Source: Myxococcota bacterium (GTDB lineage Bacteria > Myxococcota_A > UBA9160 > SMWR01). Taken from it: DNA of 64,000 nt. This document shows, piece after piece, positions 28,407-38,045 of this stretch. Under the pieces are notes generated by a model. It was given only the letters and a program-made list of their open reading frames with translations. It was not told the DNA's origin and ran no database searches. Position 1 is the stretch's first letter; each line of letters opens with the position of its first letter. The translations under genes and the position numbers were made by a program. Location of the stretch: positions 4,433 to 68,432 of the forward strand of contig JBNLVK010000109.1 in assembly GCA_050618055.1 (NCBI GenBank), given 5' to 3'.

Positions 28407-30775
28407 GGGGCCGGGCCGCGTGCCCGCGCGTCGCTGTCGCGCTCCTGACGGCCGGGCTGCTGCTCGGTGCCCCCGCGACGGCGGTTTCCTTCTCCGTCAA
28501 CAGCACCGGCGACCTGGGCGACAACAGCATCGGCGACGGCGACTGCTGGACGGGCGGCTGGGTGCAGATCGGCATGTTCGGCGTGTTCGAGTGCACCCTG
28601 CGCGCGGCGATCCAGGAGACGAACGCGCTGGTCGGACACGACACGATCGGCTTCGGCAGCCCGCTCACACCCGACGTGTTCGGGACGATCGTCATCGCAC
28701 CCACCAGCGCGCTGCCCGCCATCGACGATCCGCTCACCCTCGACGGCACCAGCGCGCCGGGCTACGCCACGGCCGATCCGGACGCGGTGCCCGTGGTCGT
28801 GATCGACGGCTCGCTATCCCCGTCCTCCTTCGACCGGGGCGTCTACCTCACGTCGGGTGCCGACGGCAGCGAGGTCCACGCGCTCTCGGTGGTCGACTGG
28901 ACCTGGTACGGCATCTACGTGAACTCCGCGGACGACGTGGTGCTCCAGGGCAACCACGTGGGCGTCGAGCACGGCGTCCTGGTCGGCGGCAACGGGACGG
29001 GCATCTTCACCAGCCAGTCGGCGAACAACGTCACCATCGGGCCGACGTTCAACGCGCTGGTGGGCTTCCAGGGTCGCGGCAACCTGGTGGCGGGCAGCGC
29101 GGGCGACGGCCTGCTGCTCTTCGGCCCGAACGCGAAGGTGGCGGGCAACAAGATCGGGACGGACCGCTTCGGCAACGCCAGCGGCGCCTTCGGCAACGGA
29201 GGCTGGGGCGTGCGCGTCGACGACCTGGCCCATGGCGCGCGCATCGGTCGGGTGGAGGGCCTGGCCGGCGGCGGCGAGGCGGCGCTCGGCAACGTCATCG
29301 CCGGCAACGCCTTCGGCGGCGTGTTCCTGGACGGCACGCCCGTGAGTCCGTCGCACGTGCTGGCCAACCACATCGGCATCGGCGCCGACGGCACCACGGC
29401 GCTGGGCAACGGGACCGGCCACGGCGTCATGGTGCTGGCCGACGATTCGGTGGTCGGCGACGAGGACCTGGGCGGCAACCTGATCTCCGGCCACCAGGCG
29501 GCGGGACTGAGGATCGGCACCACCGGGCAGCCGGCGATCGACGGCGTGGAGATCGTCGGCAACACCATCGGCCTGGACGCATCCCACGCCGCGGATCGCG
29601 GCAACGGAGGCTCGGGAATCATCCTCCCCGCCGCCACGGGCGCCGCCATCCATGGCAACACGATCGGCGCCAACGCGGTCTGCGGCGTGAACCTCCAGGG
29701 CGGGAGCTCGGGGAACGACGTCTACGACAACGACATCGGCAGCAACGCCGCCGGCGACGACTTCGGCAACGCCACCTGCGGAATCCACGACGCGGGCACC
29801 CTGAACGCACTGGGCCTGGCCGGACAGGGCAACGTGATCGGCTTCAACGAGACGGGAATCCTCGTCGCTTCCAGCGCGGTCTTCACCTTCGTCGAGGGAA
29901 ACTTCATCGGCACAGACGCGTCCGGCGCCGACCTCGGCAACGACCTGTTCGGCATCGAAGCCTTCTCCTTCGTGGCGGTCGGCGGCGTCCCGGCCGGCTC
30001 CGGCAACGTGATCGGATTCAACGGCCTGGACGGCATCTACCTCCACGCCTCCTCCGCCGGCTCCGTGATCACGGGCAACCACATCGGAACCAACCCGTCG
30101 GGCGCCGACCTGGGCAACGGGGACGCCGGCGTGACCGTCGACGGGTCGCTGGACACGAGCGTCGGGGCGAGCCGCTTCGTCACCACGCCCTCGCAGGTGC
30201 TGGATCGGCGCAACGTCATCGCCTACAACGGGTCCTCGGGGGTCGCGATCAGTGGCGCCACCGCCGCCGGGAACACGGTCCGCGGCAACGAGATGTTCGA
30301 CAACCGCGGACTGCCGATCGACCTGGTTCCCTTCGGTCCCACGCCGAACGATCCCGGCGACTCGGACCTCGGCACCAACGCCTACCAGAACGCACCGGAG
30401 CTGGACGCTGCGGGCACCTCCTTCGACCAGGTGCTGAACGTGCTCACCGTCGAGTACCGGGTCGACTCGCATCCCACCTTCTCACCCTACCCGCTGACCG
30501 TCGATTTCTACCGCCTGGCGAGCGACGCCGAGGAGACCCGGCAGTGGGTGGGCTCGGACAGCTACCCCCAGGCCAGCGCCGGACTTCCGCGACAGGTCGG
30601 CTTCACGCCCGAGACGCCCCTGCTGCCGAGCGACAGCATCCTCGCGGTCGCCACCGACGACGACGGCAACTCGAGCGAGGCGGGCAACGTGGTGGCGGTT
30701 CCGGAGCCCGCGGTCGGAGCGGGGCTCGCCTTCGGGACGGGTCTGCTGCTGGCACTGGCGCGGCGACGTCGCTAG
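28403..30775 (+). CDS. CSLREA-like/right-handed beta-helix surface protein with PEP-CTERM
   Basis: FSVNSTGD..CTLRAAIQE, repeated GNxIG-x-GN units, VPEPAVGAGLAFGTGLLLALARRRR. Confidence 0.9.
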   Translation: MRGRAACPRVAVALLTAGLLLGAPATAVSFSVNSTGDLGDNSIGDGDCWTGGWVQIGMFGVFECTLRAAIQETNALVGHDTIGFGSPLTPDVFGTIVIAPTSALPAIDDPLTLDGTSAPGYATADPDAVPVVVIDGSLSPSSFDRGVYLTSGADGSEVHALSVVDWTWYGIYVNSADDVVLQGNHVGVEHGVLVGGNGTGIFTSQSANNVTIGPTFNALVGFQGRGNLVAGSAGDGLLLFGPNAKVAGNKIGTDRFGNASGAFGNGGWGVRVDDLAHGARIGRVEGLAGGGEAALGNVIAGNAFGGVFLDGTPVSPSHVLANHIGIGADGTTALGNGTGHGVMVLADDSVVGDEDLGGNLISGHQAAGLRIGTTGQPAIDGVEIVGNTIGLDASHAADRGNGGSGIILPAATGAAIHGNTIGANAVCGVNLQGGSSGNDVYDNDIGSNAAGDDFGNATCGIHDAGTLNALGLAGQGNVIGFNETGILVASSAVFTFVEGNFIGTDASGADLGNDLFGIEAFSFVAVGGVPAGSGNVIGFNGLDGIYLHASSAGSVITGNHIGTNPSGADLGNGDAGVTVDGSLDTSVGASRFVTTPSQVLDRRNVIAYNGSSGVAISGATAAGNTVRGNEMFDNRGLPIDLVPFGPTPNDPGDSDLGTNAYQNAPELDAAGTSFDQVLNVLTVEYRVDSHPTFSPYPLTVDFYRLASDAEETRQWVGSDSYPQASAGLPRQVGFTPETPLLPSDSILAVATDDDGNSSEAGNVVAVPEPAVGAGLAFGTGLLLALARRRR

Positions 30776-32778
30776 GGGAGCGATCGCTCCAGGCGGATGG
30801 TCAGCAGGCGGATCGCCTCGGTGAGCCGGCGCCGGTACTGGTCGTAGCTCAGGTGGCACGCCTCGGCCGCAGCGCGCTGATCGGGCGCGGGGTTCAGGTA
30901 GGTACGGTCGAGCACCCGGAAGAGCGTCTCCGTCTTGCCGTTGTCGCGCAGCGCCAGGCACTCGGTGCGGACCCGTTCGGACAGCTCGCCCACCGGGTCG
31001 TCGGAGGTCATGCGCGCGAGCAGCGGGTGGTCCGCCAGCCGGTCGGGGCGGTGGAGGTTGCGCAGCGCGGCACGCACCCAGGCGCCCTCGAGCGGACGCC
31101 TGCCCGACGCCGCCCCCATCCCCTCCCGGAAGCGCCGGTAGGTCGCCTCCAACCACTGGATCGCGCTCTCCTCGCTCATGTCGTGGATCGTCACCAGCGT
31201 GGGCTCGCCGCCCGCCGTGTGCCGACTGCCCGGCAGCTCGCGGTGTCCATAGAGCTCGCCGTTCGATCGCCAGGCCTCGTTGTCCGGATGGCGCGCTCCG
31301 GTCAGCGCGATGCGCGGATTCGCGGCCAGGGCGTTCACGAGCGCGACCGACCACAGCGGTCCGACCGCGGAGGGCCCGCTGCTGCTGGCGTCGTGGGTCC
31401 ACATGCGAACGAGCAGTGCGCAGTCGTCGTCTCTCCAGGGACGGGCGAGGCCGCTGCGCGCCTCCCAGAAGCGCGCCACGAGCCCGTCCGCCTCGAGCCA
31501 TTCCCGCGGTGGATCGTGCAGCTCCAACGACGTGAAGAAGCCGCGGATCTCGCCCTCCGAGCCGCGTGCGACCCGGGTGGCGGCGGGTTGCACCTTCCAC
31601 CAGAAATCGAAGATGCGGGCGGCCTCCGATCCCTCGTTGCGCTCGACCAGGGCGCGCAGATGGGGAGCGTCTTCGGGGCGGGCCGGCTGGGCGTAGGTGG
31701 GCTCCTCGTGCCCCTCACCCTCCTCGAAGATCCGGGGCATGAACCCCGTGTAGAGGAAGAAGTGCTCCGCGAGCTGGAGCGCGTCCGGAACCTCCTGCTC
31801 GCGCAGGCGTCCGTTGTACCAGCCGACGGCCGCATCGAGCAGGCGCAGGCGCAGCTCGGGCAGGGTCTCGAGCGTGGAGCGCAGCGCGGCGCGCATGGCA
31901 TCGTGGGGGAAGAGCCCGATGGGGTTCCGCTCGATGAACGAGAGATCGGCGAGCCAGCGGCAGAGCTCTTCCGCGCGGTCCGCGTCGACCCCGAGCATCG
32001 CGCCGATCGGCGGCGCGCTGGTGTGTCTCAGGAGGCAGCACGCGAACAGAGCCTCCCGTTCCAACGAATGGCTGTCGGGCGGGACCAGGTGGTCGACCAG
32101 CTCGATCAGCAGGGGAGCGAGCTGCCCGGATTCGATGCCCTGGGCGTCGTCCTCCCGCAACGCGACGTGAATCGCGTCGACCACCAGCGCCAGGAGCAGC
32201 GGCAGCCCGCGGGCGATGCGCAGCGCCTGGATCTGGTCGGCGGGGGCGACCTCGCGGCGCTCCAGATACTCGCGCGCCTCGTCGCCCGCCAGCGGCTCGA
32301 GTGCGAGGTGATCGAGCACCCCGTGCCAGCCCGGGTCGGCCCGCCAGCGCAGACCCGGCGCGCGGCGTCCGGCGACGACCACCCGCACCTCGGTGGAGAG
32401 GCCCGGCAGGTAGTCGTCCCGGAGCCAGCTCTCGATGGCGGCCCACGCTTCGAAGGTGTCGATGCACAGGACCAGGGGCCGCTCCCCGGAAGCGAGCGCC
32501 GTGTCGCGCGTCTGGTCGAGCACGACGCGCGCCGCGGCGGGGTCGGCCGGCGCCAGCCGCGCGTCGCAGCGGGCCACCGCCCACCCGGCCCGGGCCGCCC
32601 GCGCGGCCATGGCCTGGAGCAGGCTCGTCTTGCCGATGCCCCCGGGCCCGTGCACGAACAGCACCCGCCCGGCTTCGTCGTCGGAGAGCAGGCGATCGAA
32701 GCGCGCCAGCTCGTTCCGACGTCCCACGAAGAGCCGAGCCCGGTTGTCCCGAAGCACGCTATCGAGCGTCTGCGCCAC
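30772..32778 (-). CDS. STAND/AAA ATPase-containing regulator with C-terminal HTH-like region
   Basis: FVGRRNEL, GPGGIGKT, LCIDTFE, GLPLLL, C-terminal QRAAAEACHLSYDQYRRRL. Confidence 0.82.
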   Translation of the reverse strand: MAQTLDSVLRDNRARLFVGRRNELARFDRLLSDDEAGRVLFVHGPGGIGKTSLLQAMAARAARAGWAVARCDARLAPADPAAARVVLDQTRDTALASGERPLVLCIDTFEAWAAIESWLRDDYLPGLSTEVRVVVAGRRAPGLRWRADPGWHGVLDHLALEPLAGDEAREYLERREVAPADQIQALRIARGLPLLLALVVDAIHVALREDDAQGIESGQLAPLLIELVDHLVPPDSHSLEREALFACCLLRHTSAPPIGAMLGVDADRAEELCRWLADLSFIERNPIGLFPHDAMRAALRSTLETLPELRLRLLDAAVGWYNGRLREQEVPDALQLAEHFFLYTGFMPRIFEEGEGHEEPTYAQPARPEDAPHLRALVERNEGSEAARIFDFWWKVQPAATRVARGSEGEIRGFFTSLELHDPPREWLEADGLVARFWEARSGLARPWRDDDCALLVRMWTHDASSSGPSAVGPLWSVALVNALAANPRIALTGARHPDNEAWRSNGELYGHRELPGSRHTAGGEPTLVTIHDMSEESAIQWLEATYRRFREGMGAASGRRPLEGAWVRAALRNLHRPDRLADHPLLARMTSDDPVGELSERVRTECLALRDNGKTETLFRVLDRTYLNPAPDQRAAAEACHLSYDQYRRRLTEAIRLLTIRLERSLP

Positions 32779-32961
32779 GTGGCCAGCTTAACTTGGGCCC
32801 TCGAGAGGCGTCACAGGCGCGACCTGGACCGAGCCCGATCGCTCGAGACCGGAGTCTACGGGGGGCAGCGCCGGCTCAGGCCCGGTGAACCGCGGGTACT
32901 TGCAGTAGTACTGGGGAAAGAGCGTCTCCGGGGGATTCGCCGGCGCAACGCCGCCATCACA

Positions 32962-35244
32962 TCACGGAGCCAGACAAGGAATCGTCCCGGCGCAACCCAG
33001 CCCCGAGGGCCCCGGAGGCTCTACGCCGACCGCGTCCTGGAAGACGCGGAGCACATCCTGCGGGAGTACAACGGTGTCGCAGTCGTAGTCGTAGAGCCCG
33101 TTCATGGTATTGAGCGCCGCATCGGTGTCGATGTAGTCGACGAAGTCCGCGGCCCCATTGTTGTTCGTATCCGTATCGCAAGCATTCCCGTACCCGTCCT
33201 GGTCGGCATCTTCCTGGGCGATACACGAGCCCGTGCCGACGACAGGTCCGTTGGGAAGACTGCTGCAGTTGTCCGCGAGGTCGAAGGCTCCATCCATGTC
33301 GGTATCGACGCACCCGACCGACCCCGCGCAGGGCAGCGCCGAGGGTCCCGGCTGCGCGACAGCCGCCGCGTCGGCAAGCGTACGTGACAGGTCCTGGAGA
33401 TCAGCCGCGCCGTTGCAGTTCACGTCGTAGACCGGATCCGTGCTCACGCTCATCGCGGCCGCGTGCATTGCGGACACATCGACCAGGTCTGTCGCCCCGT
33501 TGTTGTTGAAGTCGGTGTCGCAGGCGTTGCCGTAGCCATCGGCGTCGCCGTCGAGTTGATCGAAGCACGACCCGGTTCCCGCCAGCGGACCGTTCGGCAG
33601 GCTCAGGCAGTTGTCACAGAGGTCGCCCACTCCGTCCTGATCGGCGTCCTCCTGGCCCACGTCGGCGATGAGCAGGCACGTATCGCAGGCATCCCCATAG
33701 CCGTCGAGGTCCGCATCCTCCTGATCGGGGTTCGCCGTTCCCGGGCAGTTGTCGAGCAGGTCGGCGAACTCGTCGCCATCGGCGTCTTCCGCCTGGTTGC
33801 AGGCGTCGCCGACCCCGTTGCCGTCCGTGTCCTCCTGCCCCGGGTCCGCCACCGCGGGACACAGGTCGCACGCATCGCCGACCCCGTCGAGATCGCTGTC
33901 GATCTGGCTCGGGTTGTAGGTGTCCTGGCAATTGTCCGACTCCGATCGCGCCAGGTCCGGCAATGGAACCGGGAGTTCCGGCATGCCGTCCGGCGTTCCG
34001 CCGGATCCGCCGTCGTTGAGCACATCGAAGTCGATGATGTCGACGTTCACGATGTCGCCGGCGCCCACGAGGTGATCGCCGTCGACGCGCACCGAGCGCA
34101 CGCGAACCTCGCCTCGATCGGGATCGAACACGGCGATCGCGTTCCACCCCCGGCCATAGCTCATGTTCTGGAAGTCGCGCTGGAGGAACGGCACGCTGTA
34201 GCTGCTGCTGCCGATGTTCACGCTGTGGTAGCGGTTGGCGTTCGGCCAGGAGTGCCCGTTGAAGGTGAGGAAGACCTGGCCGTGCTGATCGACCAGGGTG
34301 TCGGTGAGCCCGGCGTTGCCGAAGAACCCCTCGTGGTTGAAGAGCACGGCCGGAACCAGGGGATTCGCGTCGAGCACGGTCTTGGGCCAGCCGGTGGAGA
34401 AGGGAAGCCCCTTGGTGAACTCGAGCCCGAGAAACAGAAAGGGATCGCCGGCGGGTGACCGGATCATTCCCACGCGGTGCCGGCCGCGCTGCGGGTCTGC
34501 GGGGCCGAGCTTGCCCGGCCCAAGCGTCCGGCTGTCCACGGGGATGCCGTTGCCCCCAAGCGACTCGGGCACGGCGTCATCGCCTCCCCCGATGTACCAC
34601 TCGCCCTGGGACCAATCGCACGACGCGATGTCGAGCCCCGAGCATCGGTAGGCGGGCTCCCAGGGAACGCGACCCGCCGTGCTGGCGTCGCCCTGCCGGA
34701 ACGTCGCATCGAAGCGATTCGTGGTGATGAGCGCGGCATCGGGATCGCCGCTTCCGCCGTCCCAGTCGTGGTTCCCGGGCGCCACGAGATAGCGAACCGG
34801 CCCGGAGGGGCACTGGTCGAGCACGTCGAACGCCGCGTCGATGCGGTTCCACTCGCAGTCGTTCTCGGTGCAGGAGGTGCCGCCCGAATACTGCTCGTCG
34901 TAGCTCTTGTTTCCGCGCGACACCAGGTCGCCCAGGTGGATCAGGAGCTCGATGTTCATCGTCGCGCCAGTGCTGTCTTCCAGATAGGCGCTTCGGTTGG
35001 CGCAGATCCATTCCATGACGCGCTGGAGGTGCAGGGTGCCCTCGTCGTCGAAGCTCGCATTCGCACTCTCGCCGAAGTTGTACAGCTCGTGCACGTAGAG
35101 CTGTGTGTCGGGCATGACGAAGACCGCGAAGCAGTTGTCGTTGGCACAAGGCGCCAGCGGCTGGGCTGCGGCCGGGCTCGGAGAACCCAGGATCGCTCCG
35201 CACAGAGCCAAGAGAACCGAACGAAGGGACGGGCCTGACTGCAT
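32962..35244 (-). CDS. Secreted metallophosphoesterase with thrombospondin type-3 repeats and tandem dockerin-like tails
   Basis: Signal peptide; MPDTQ, HLGDLV, PGNHD, NH, GHS calcineurin-like motifs; DxDxDGxGDACD repeats; two ..PGPSxLxCAG..C units. Confidence 0.85.
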   Translation of the reverse strand: MQSGPSLRSVLLALCGAILGSPSPAAAQPLAPCANDNCFAVFVMPDTQLYVHELYNFGESANASFDDEGTLHLQRVMEWICANRSAYLEDSTGATMNIELLIHLGDLVSRGNKSYDEQYSGGTSCTENDCEWNRIDAAFDVLDQCPSGPVRYLVAPGNHDWDGGSGDPDAALITTNRFDATFRQGDASTAGRVPWEPAYRCSGLDIASCDWSQGEWYIGGGDDAVPESLGGNGIPVDSRTLGPGKLGPADPQRGRHRVGMIRSPAGDPFLFLGLEFTKGLPFSTGWPKTVLDANPLVPAVLFNHEGFFGNAGLTDTLVDQHGQVFLTFNGHSWPNANRYHSVNIGSSSYSVPFLQRDFQNMSYGRGWNAIAVFDPDRGEVRVRSVRVDGDHLVGAGDIVNVDIIDFDVLNDGGSGGTPDGMPELPVPLPDLARSESDNCQDTYNPSQIDSDLDGVGDACDLCPAVADPGQEDTDGNGVGDACNQAEDADGDEFADLLDNCPGTANPDQEDADLDGYGDACDTCLLIADVGQEDADQDGVGDLCDNCLSLPNGPLAGTGSCFDQLDGDADGYGNACDTDFNNNGATDLVDVSAMHAAAMSVSTDPVYDVNCNGAADLQDLSRTLADAAAVAQPGPSALPCAGSVGCVDTDMDGAFDLADNCSSLPNGPVVGTGSCIAQEDADQDGYGNACDTDTNNNGAADFVDYIDTDAALNTMNGLYDYDCDTVVLPQDVLRVFQDAVGVEPPGPSGLGCAGTIPCLAP

Positions 35245-35488
35245 GGTCGCTACCTCACCGAGGAAGGGAAGTGCGCGCATCCTGCGCCTGCCGCGTGCAA
35301 TCCGTCCAGACGGCAAACCCCCACACGTGTTGTTCGGGATGGACGAGCGTCCAGACGACGGCGCAGGACGAGAGCCCCCGACCACCAGGCGGGCGGGAAG
35401 CACCCGACCTGTCTTCGGCTCGAGGTCGGACGACTCGATGCCATGCCAGGCCGTCGCGAAATCGTGCGCTGGGAGGCCCGCGACCGAG

Positions 35489-37927
35489 CTAGTCGCCGGG
35501 CGAGTAGCCGCCCTCGAAGACGACGAGGTTCTGGGTGCCGGAGAAGGACCCGGCTCCGGAGACGAGACCCTCGAAGACGACGTCGCCCGCCACGTTGATC
35601 GTCGACCCGGCCGGAGATCGGACGTCGCCCTCGACGGTCGCCCCGATCAGGTTCAGCGTTCCCAGGTTCACCAGGCCGTCGTCATTGGATACGCCGTCGC
35701 CGGGAAGGACGAGGCTTCCCAGGGCCACGCTCACTCGGCCGCCGGCCGCGTTCGTGAGCGTGTCGCCGAAGGCGAGGGTCTCGCTCACCACGGCGACCTC
35801 GCCCGTGTTGACGACCTCGGGTGCGATCGTGCCCTCCCCTCGCAGCGTCCCCTCGTTGGTCAGCACGCCGGCTCCCGTCACCTGGGCTCCCGGCCCGGAG
35901 AGGCGCAGCTCGAACGCGTTCGAAAAGCCCTGCGCCGGCACGATCCCCGTCGCGCCGTCCCGGATCTCGACGTTCTCGAGGTCCATCTCGATCCGAGGCG
36001 CGGTGGCCGTCTGGGTCTGGAAGACGGTCTGGCTCGAGAGCTCGAGGCTCTCCCCGGCGAGAATGCGCGCGTCAGCCACGTTCAGGGAGAAGAGGCCGTT
36101 GCCGGGCAGCGCGCCGAAGTCGCCGGGCTGGAGCGAGGACTGCCCGACCACCAGCTCCGAGTCGAGACCGCGCAGCAGGATGGAGCCGCCCGCGAACCCG
36201 GCGACGGAAGTGTCGTGTTGTCCGCGCGCGGAGACGTTGTCGGATCCCTGGTTCACGAGCCTCCCGGCGTGCAGGCGGACGGCGCCTCCCGCGCCCACTC
36301 CGCCTTGGAGCGTGAGGTTCGTGCCCGCCGACCCGCTCACGGAGTTCGTGGGTTGGCTCGCGCCGGGGGGTGCGGCGGACGCGTCCAAGACGCCCGACGG
36401 CCCGAGCGTCAGCAGACCCACGGCGCCGATCTCGATGGCGCCCCCGCCGCCCCCGCCCGTCGCCGTGAGCTCGACGCTGGCCGCGTTGGAGAAGGACTGC
36501 GCCGCGCCGCCGCCGCTCCCTCCGCGCAGCACCTCGGCGACCGGGTCCGCCGTCGCGGCGCCCGCCACGCCCAGGATCGCGGGGGAAGGGCTGGTGCATC
36601 CGGACCCTTGACAGAATGCGTCCGAGCCGACGTTGCGATGGGAGCCGCCCGCGCCGGTGAGCGACGTCGAGCTGGCCAGGACGTAGTCGTCCAGGGAGCC
36701 CCCTCCGCCGGACGCGCCGAAGCCGCTCTCCGGGAGCACGTTCGGGCCGAGGCTGCCGCCGCCGTCGAAGCCCCCCGGTCCGCCGCGCAACAGCGGCGTG
36801 ACGAACGACGTGAAGACGCTCACCCCGAAGTAGACCGCTCCCTCCTCTCCGTTGAGGCGCAGCGCGGTGTCGATCGTCGCGTCGCCCTGGGAGAGCAGCG
36901 CCAGCGCGCGGTGACCGGTGATCGTGAAGCTCGACGCCGCGCCGAGCTGGAGGTCATCGAAGGTGAACACGGCGACGTGCGGAATGGCTGCCGGCCCCAC
37001 GCTGGCGACCGCGCCGCCGGGACCGTAGCTGTCGGCCAGGCCGCCCTGGTCGTCGATCACCCCGACGAAGAGCGGCGTGCCGGGCGCCGCGTCGTCGGTG
37101 ATCGTGAGCGAGTCCGTGTCGATGGTGAAGCTGCCTCCGGCGGTCGTATCGAAGGTGCCGAGCGAGACGAACGCGTCCGGGTCGAGCAGCTCCCCGGACG
37201 CCGGCAACGCGAACAAGAGACACGCGAGCCACGCGACCCGGAGACCCGGACCCGCCCCGCGCCGCCTGCCCCCCGTGCCGCGGCGCCGGTACGGCCAGCC
37301 CGAGGCGACCAGCGCCAGCGCCAGCGCGAGCCTCCCAACCGCGCCCAGCGCCGGAACCTGCGCCGGCGCGTTCGCGACCGCCTCCTCCACGATCGCCACG
37401 TCCGCGGCGTCGACGAGACCGCTGCCGTCGACGTCGCCGGCTCCGTAGTCCGTGGTGGCGAGACCGGCCGTCGCCGCCGCCTGGACGATGGCGGTGTCGG
37501 CGGGGGTGAGCGCGCCGTCGCCGTCGACGTCGCCGCGCCGGCGCGCCGTGACGACCATCGCAGCGGCCGCGTAGCCGAGGGCCAGATCGAGGCCGCCCGG
37601 CTGCTGCACGCCGCCGACGCTCGTGAACTCGCCGCTGCGCGTCGCCCAGGTGACGAGTGTGAGGCTCGAGCCCAGCGCCGGAGCGAAGCCGCCGATCGGG
37701 ACGAGGTCGACGGCGCCGTCGAGCGCGGCGTCACCCGTCACGTCGAGGCGATCGTGCTCCGTCCCCGGCGTGGTCCCGCCGATCTCGAGCGTCAGTGTGC
37801 TTCCCGGCCCGAAGGCCACGTCGCCGCCGAAGGCGACCTGCGCGGAGCCGTCCGCATGGGACGTGGCCGGTTGCATCAGCACGAGGGCGAGGAGCGGGGC
37901 GAGAACGATGGACGGGCAGTGCCACAT
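35489..37927 (-). CDS. Surface protein with internal IPTL-like sorting signal plus second signal peptide (apparent circular permutation)
   Basis: GGGAGG RBS, signal peptide, beta domain, dockerin-like GDVDGDG pair, QVPALGAVGRLALALALVASGWPYRRR, then LRVAWLACLLFALPASG, Gly-rich passenger ending EGGYSPGD. Confidence 0.8.
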   Translation of the reverse strand: MWHCPSIVLAPLLALVLMQPATSHADGSAQVAFGGDVAFGPGSTLTLEIGGTTPGTEHDRLDVTGDAALDGAVDLVPIGGFAPALGSSLTLVTWATRSGEFTSVGGVQQPGGLDLALGYAAAAMVVTARRRGDVDGDGALTPADTAIVQAAATAGLATTDYGAGDVDGSGLVDAADVAIVEEAVANAPAQVPALGAVGRLALALALVASGWPYRRRGTGGRRRGAGPGLRVAWLACLLFALPASGELLDPDAFVSLGTFDTTAGGSFTIDTDSLTITDDAAPGTPLFVGVIDDQGGLADSYGPGGAVASVGPAAIPHVAVFTFDDLQLGAASSFTITGHRALALLSQGDATIDTALRLNGEEGAVYFGVSVFTSFVTPLLRGGPGGFDGGGSLGPNVLPESGFGASGGGGSLDDYVLASSTSLTGAGGSHRNVGSDAFCQGSGCTSPSPAILGVAGAATADPVAEVLRGGSGGGAAQSFSNAASVELTATGGGGGGAIEIGAVGLLTLGPSGVLDASAAPPGASQPTNSVSGSAGTNLTLQGGVGAGGAVRLHAGRLVNQGSDNVSARGQHDTSVAGFAGGSILLRGLDSELVVGQSSLQPGDFGALPGNGLFSLNVADARILAGESLELSSQTVFQTQTATAPRIEMDLENVEIRDGATGIVPAQGFSNAFELRLSGPGAQVTGAGVLTNEGTLRGEGTIAPEVVNTGEVAVVSETLAFGDTLTNAAGGRVSVALGSLVLPGDGVSNDDGLVNLGTLNLIGATVEGDVRSPAGSTINVAGDVVFEGLVSGAGSFSGTQNLVVFEGGYSPGD

Positions 37928-37988
37928 GGCGCCGAGCCTCCCGGCAGGCGGTACGGTCGGGCCAGTATCGAGGCCTGACCGCCGCCCA

Positions 37989-38014
37989 CCATTGGCCGTT
38001 CGGCCAATGGCCAA
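37989..38014. promoter_or_regulatory. Palindromic operator, probable LuxR-type binding site
   Basis: CCATTGGCCG-TT-CGGCCAATGG perfect inverted repeat plus an extra GGCCAA half site, about 60 bp upstream of the 37927 start and right after the LuxR gene. Confidence 0.6.
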
Positions 38015-38045
38015 CCCCCGGGGGGCTGAAATGAGCCCGAGCTCG

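Noticed and set aside
28420-33387. 1655-aa ORF and other very long alternative-frame ORFs (e.g. 17802-20771 minus, 18269-21784 plus, 40717-43839 plus, 43623-46703 plus, 35105-37978 plus)
   Set aside because: Arg/Gly/Pro-rich shadow frames of clearly recognisable genes; expected in high-GC DNA where stops are rare
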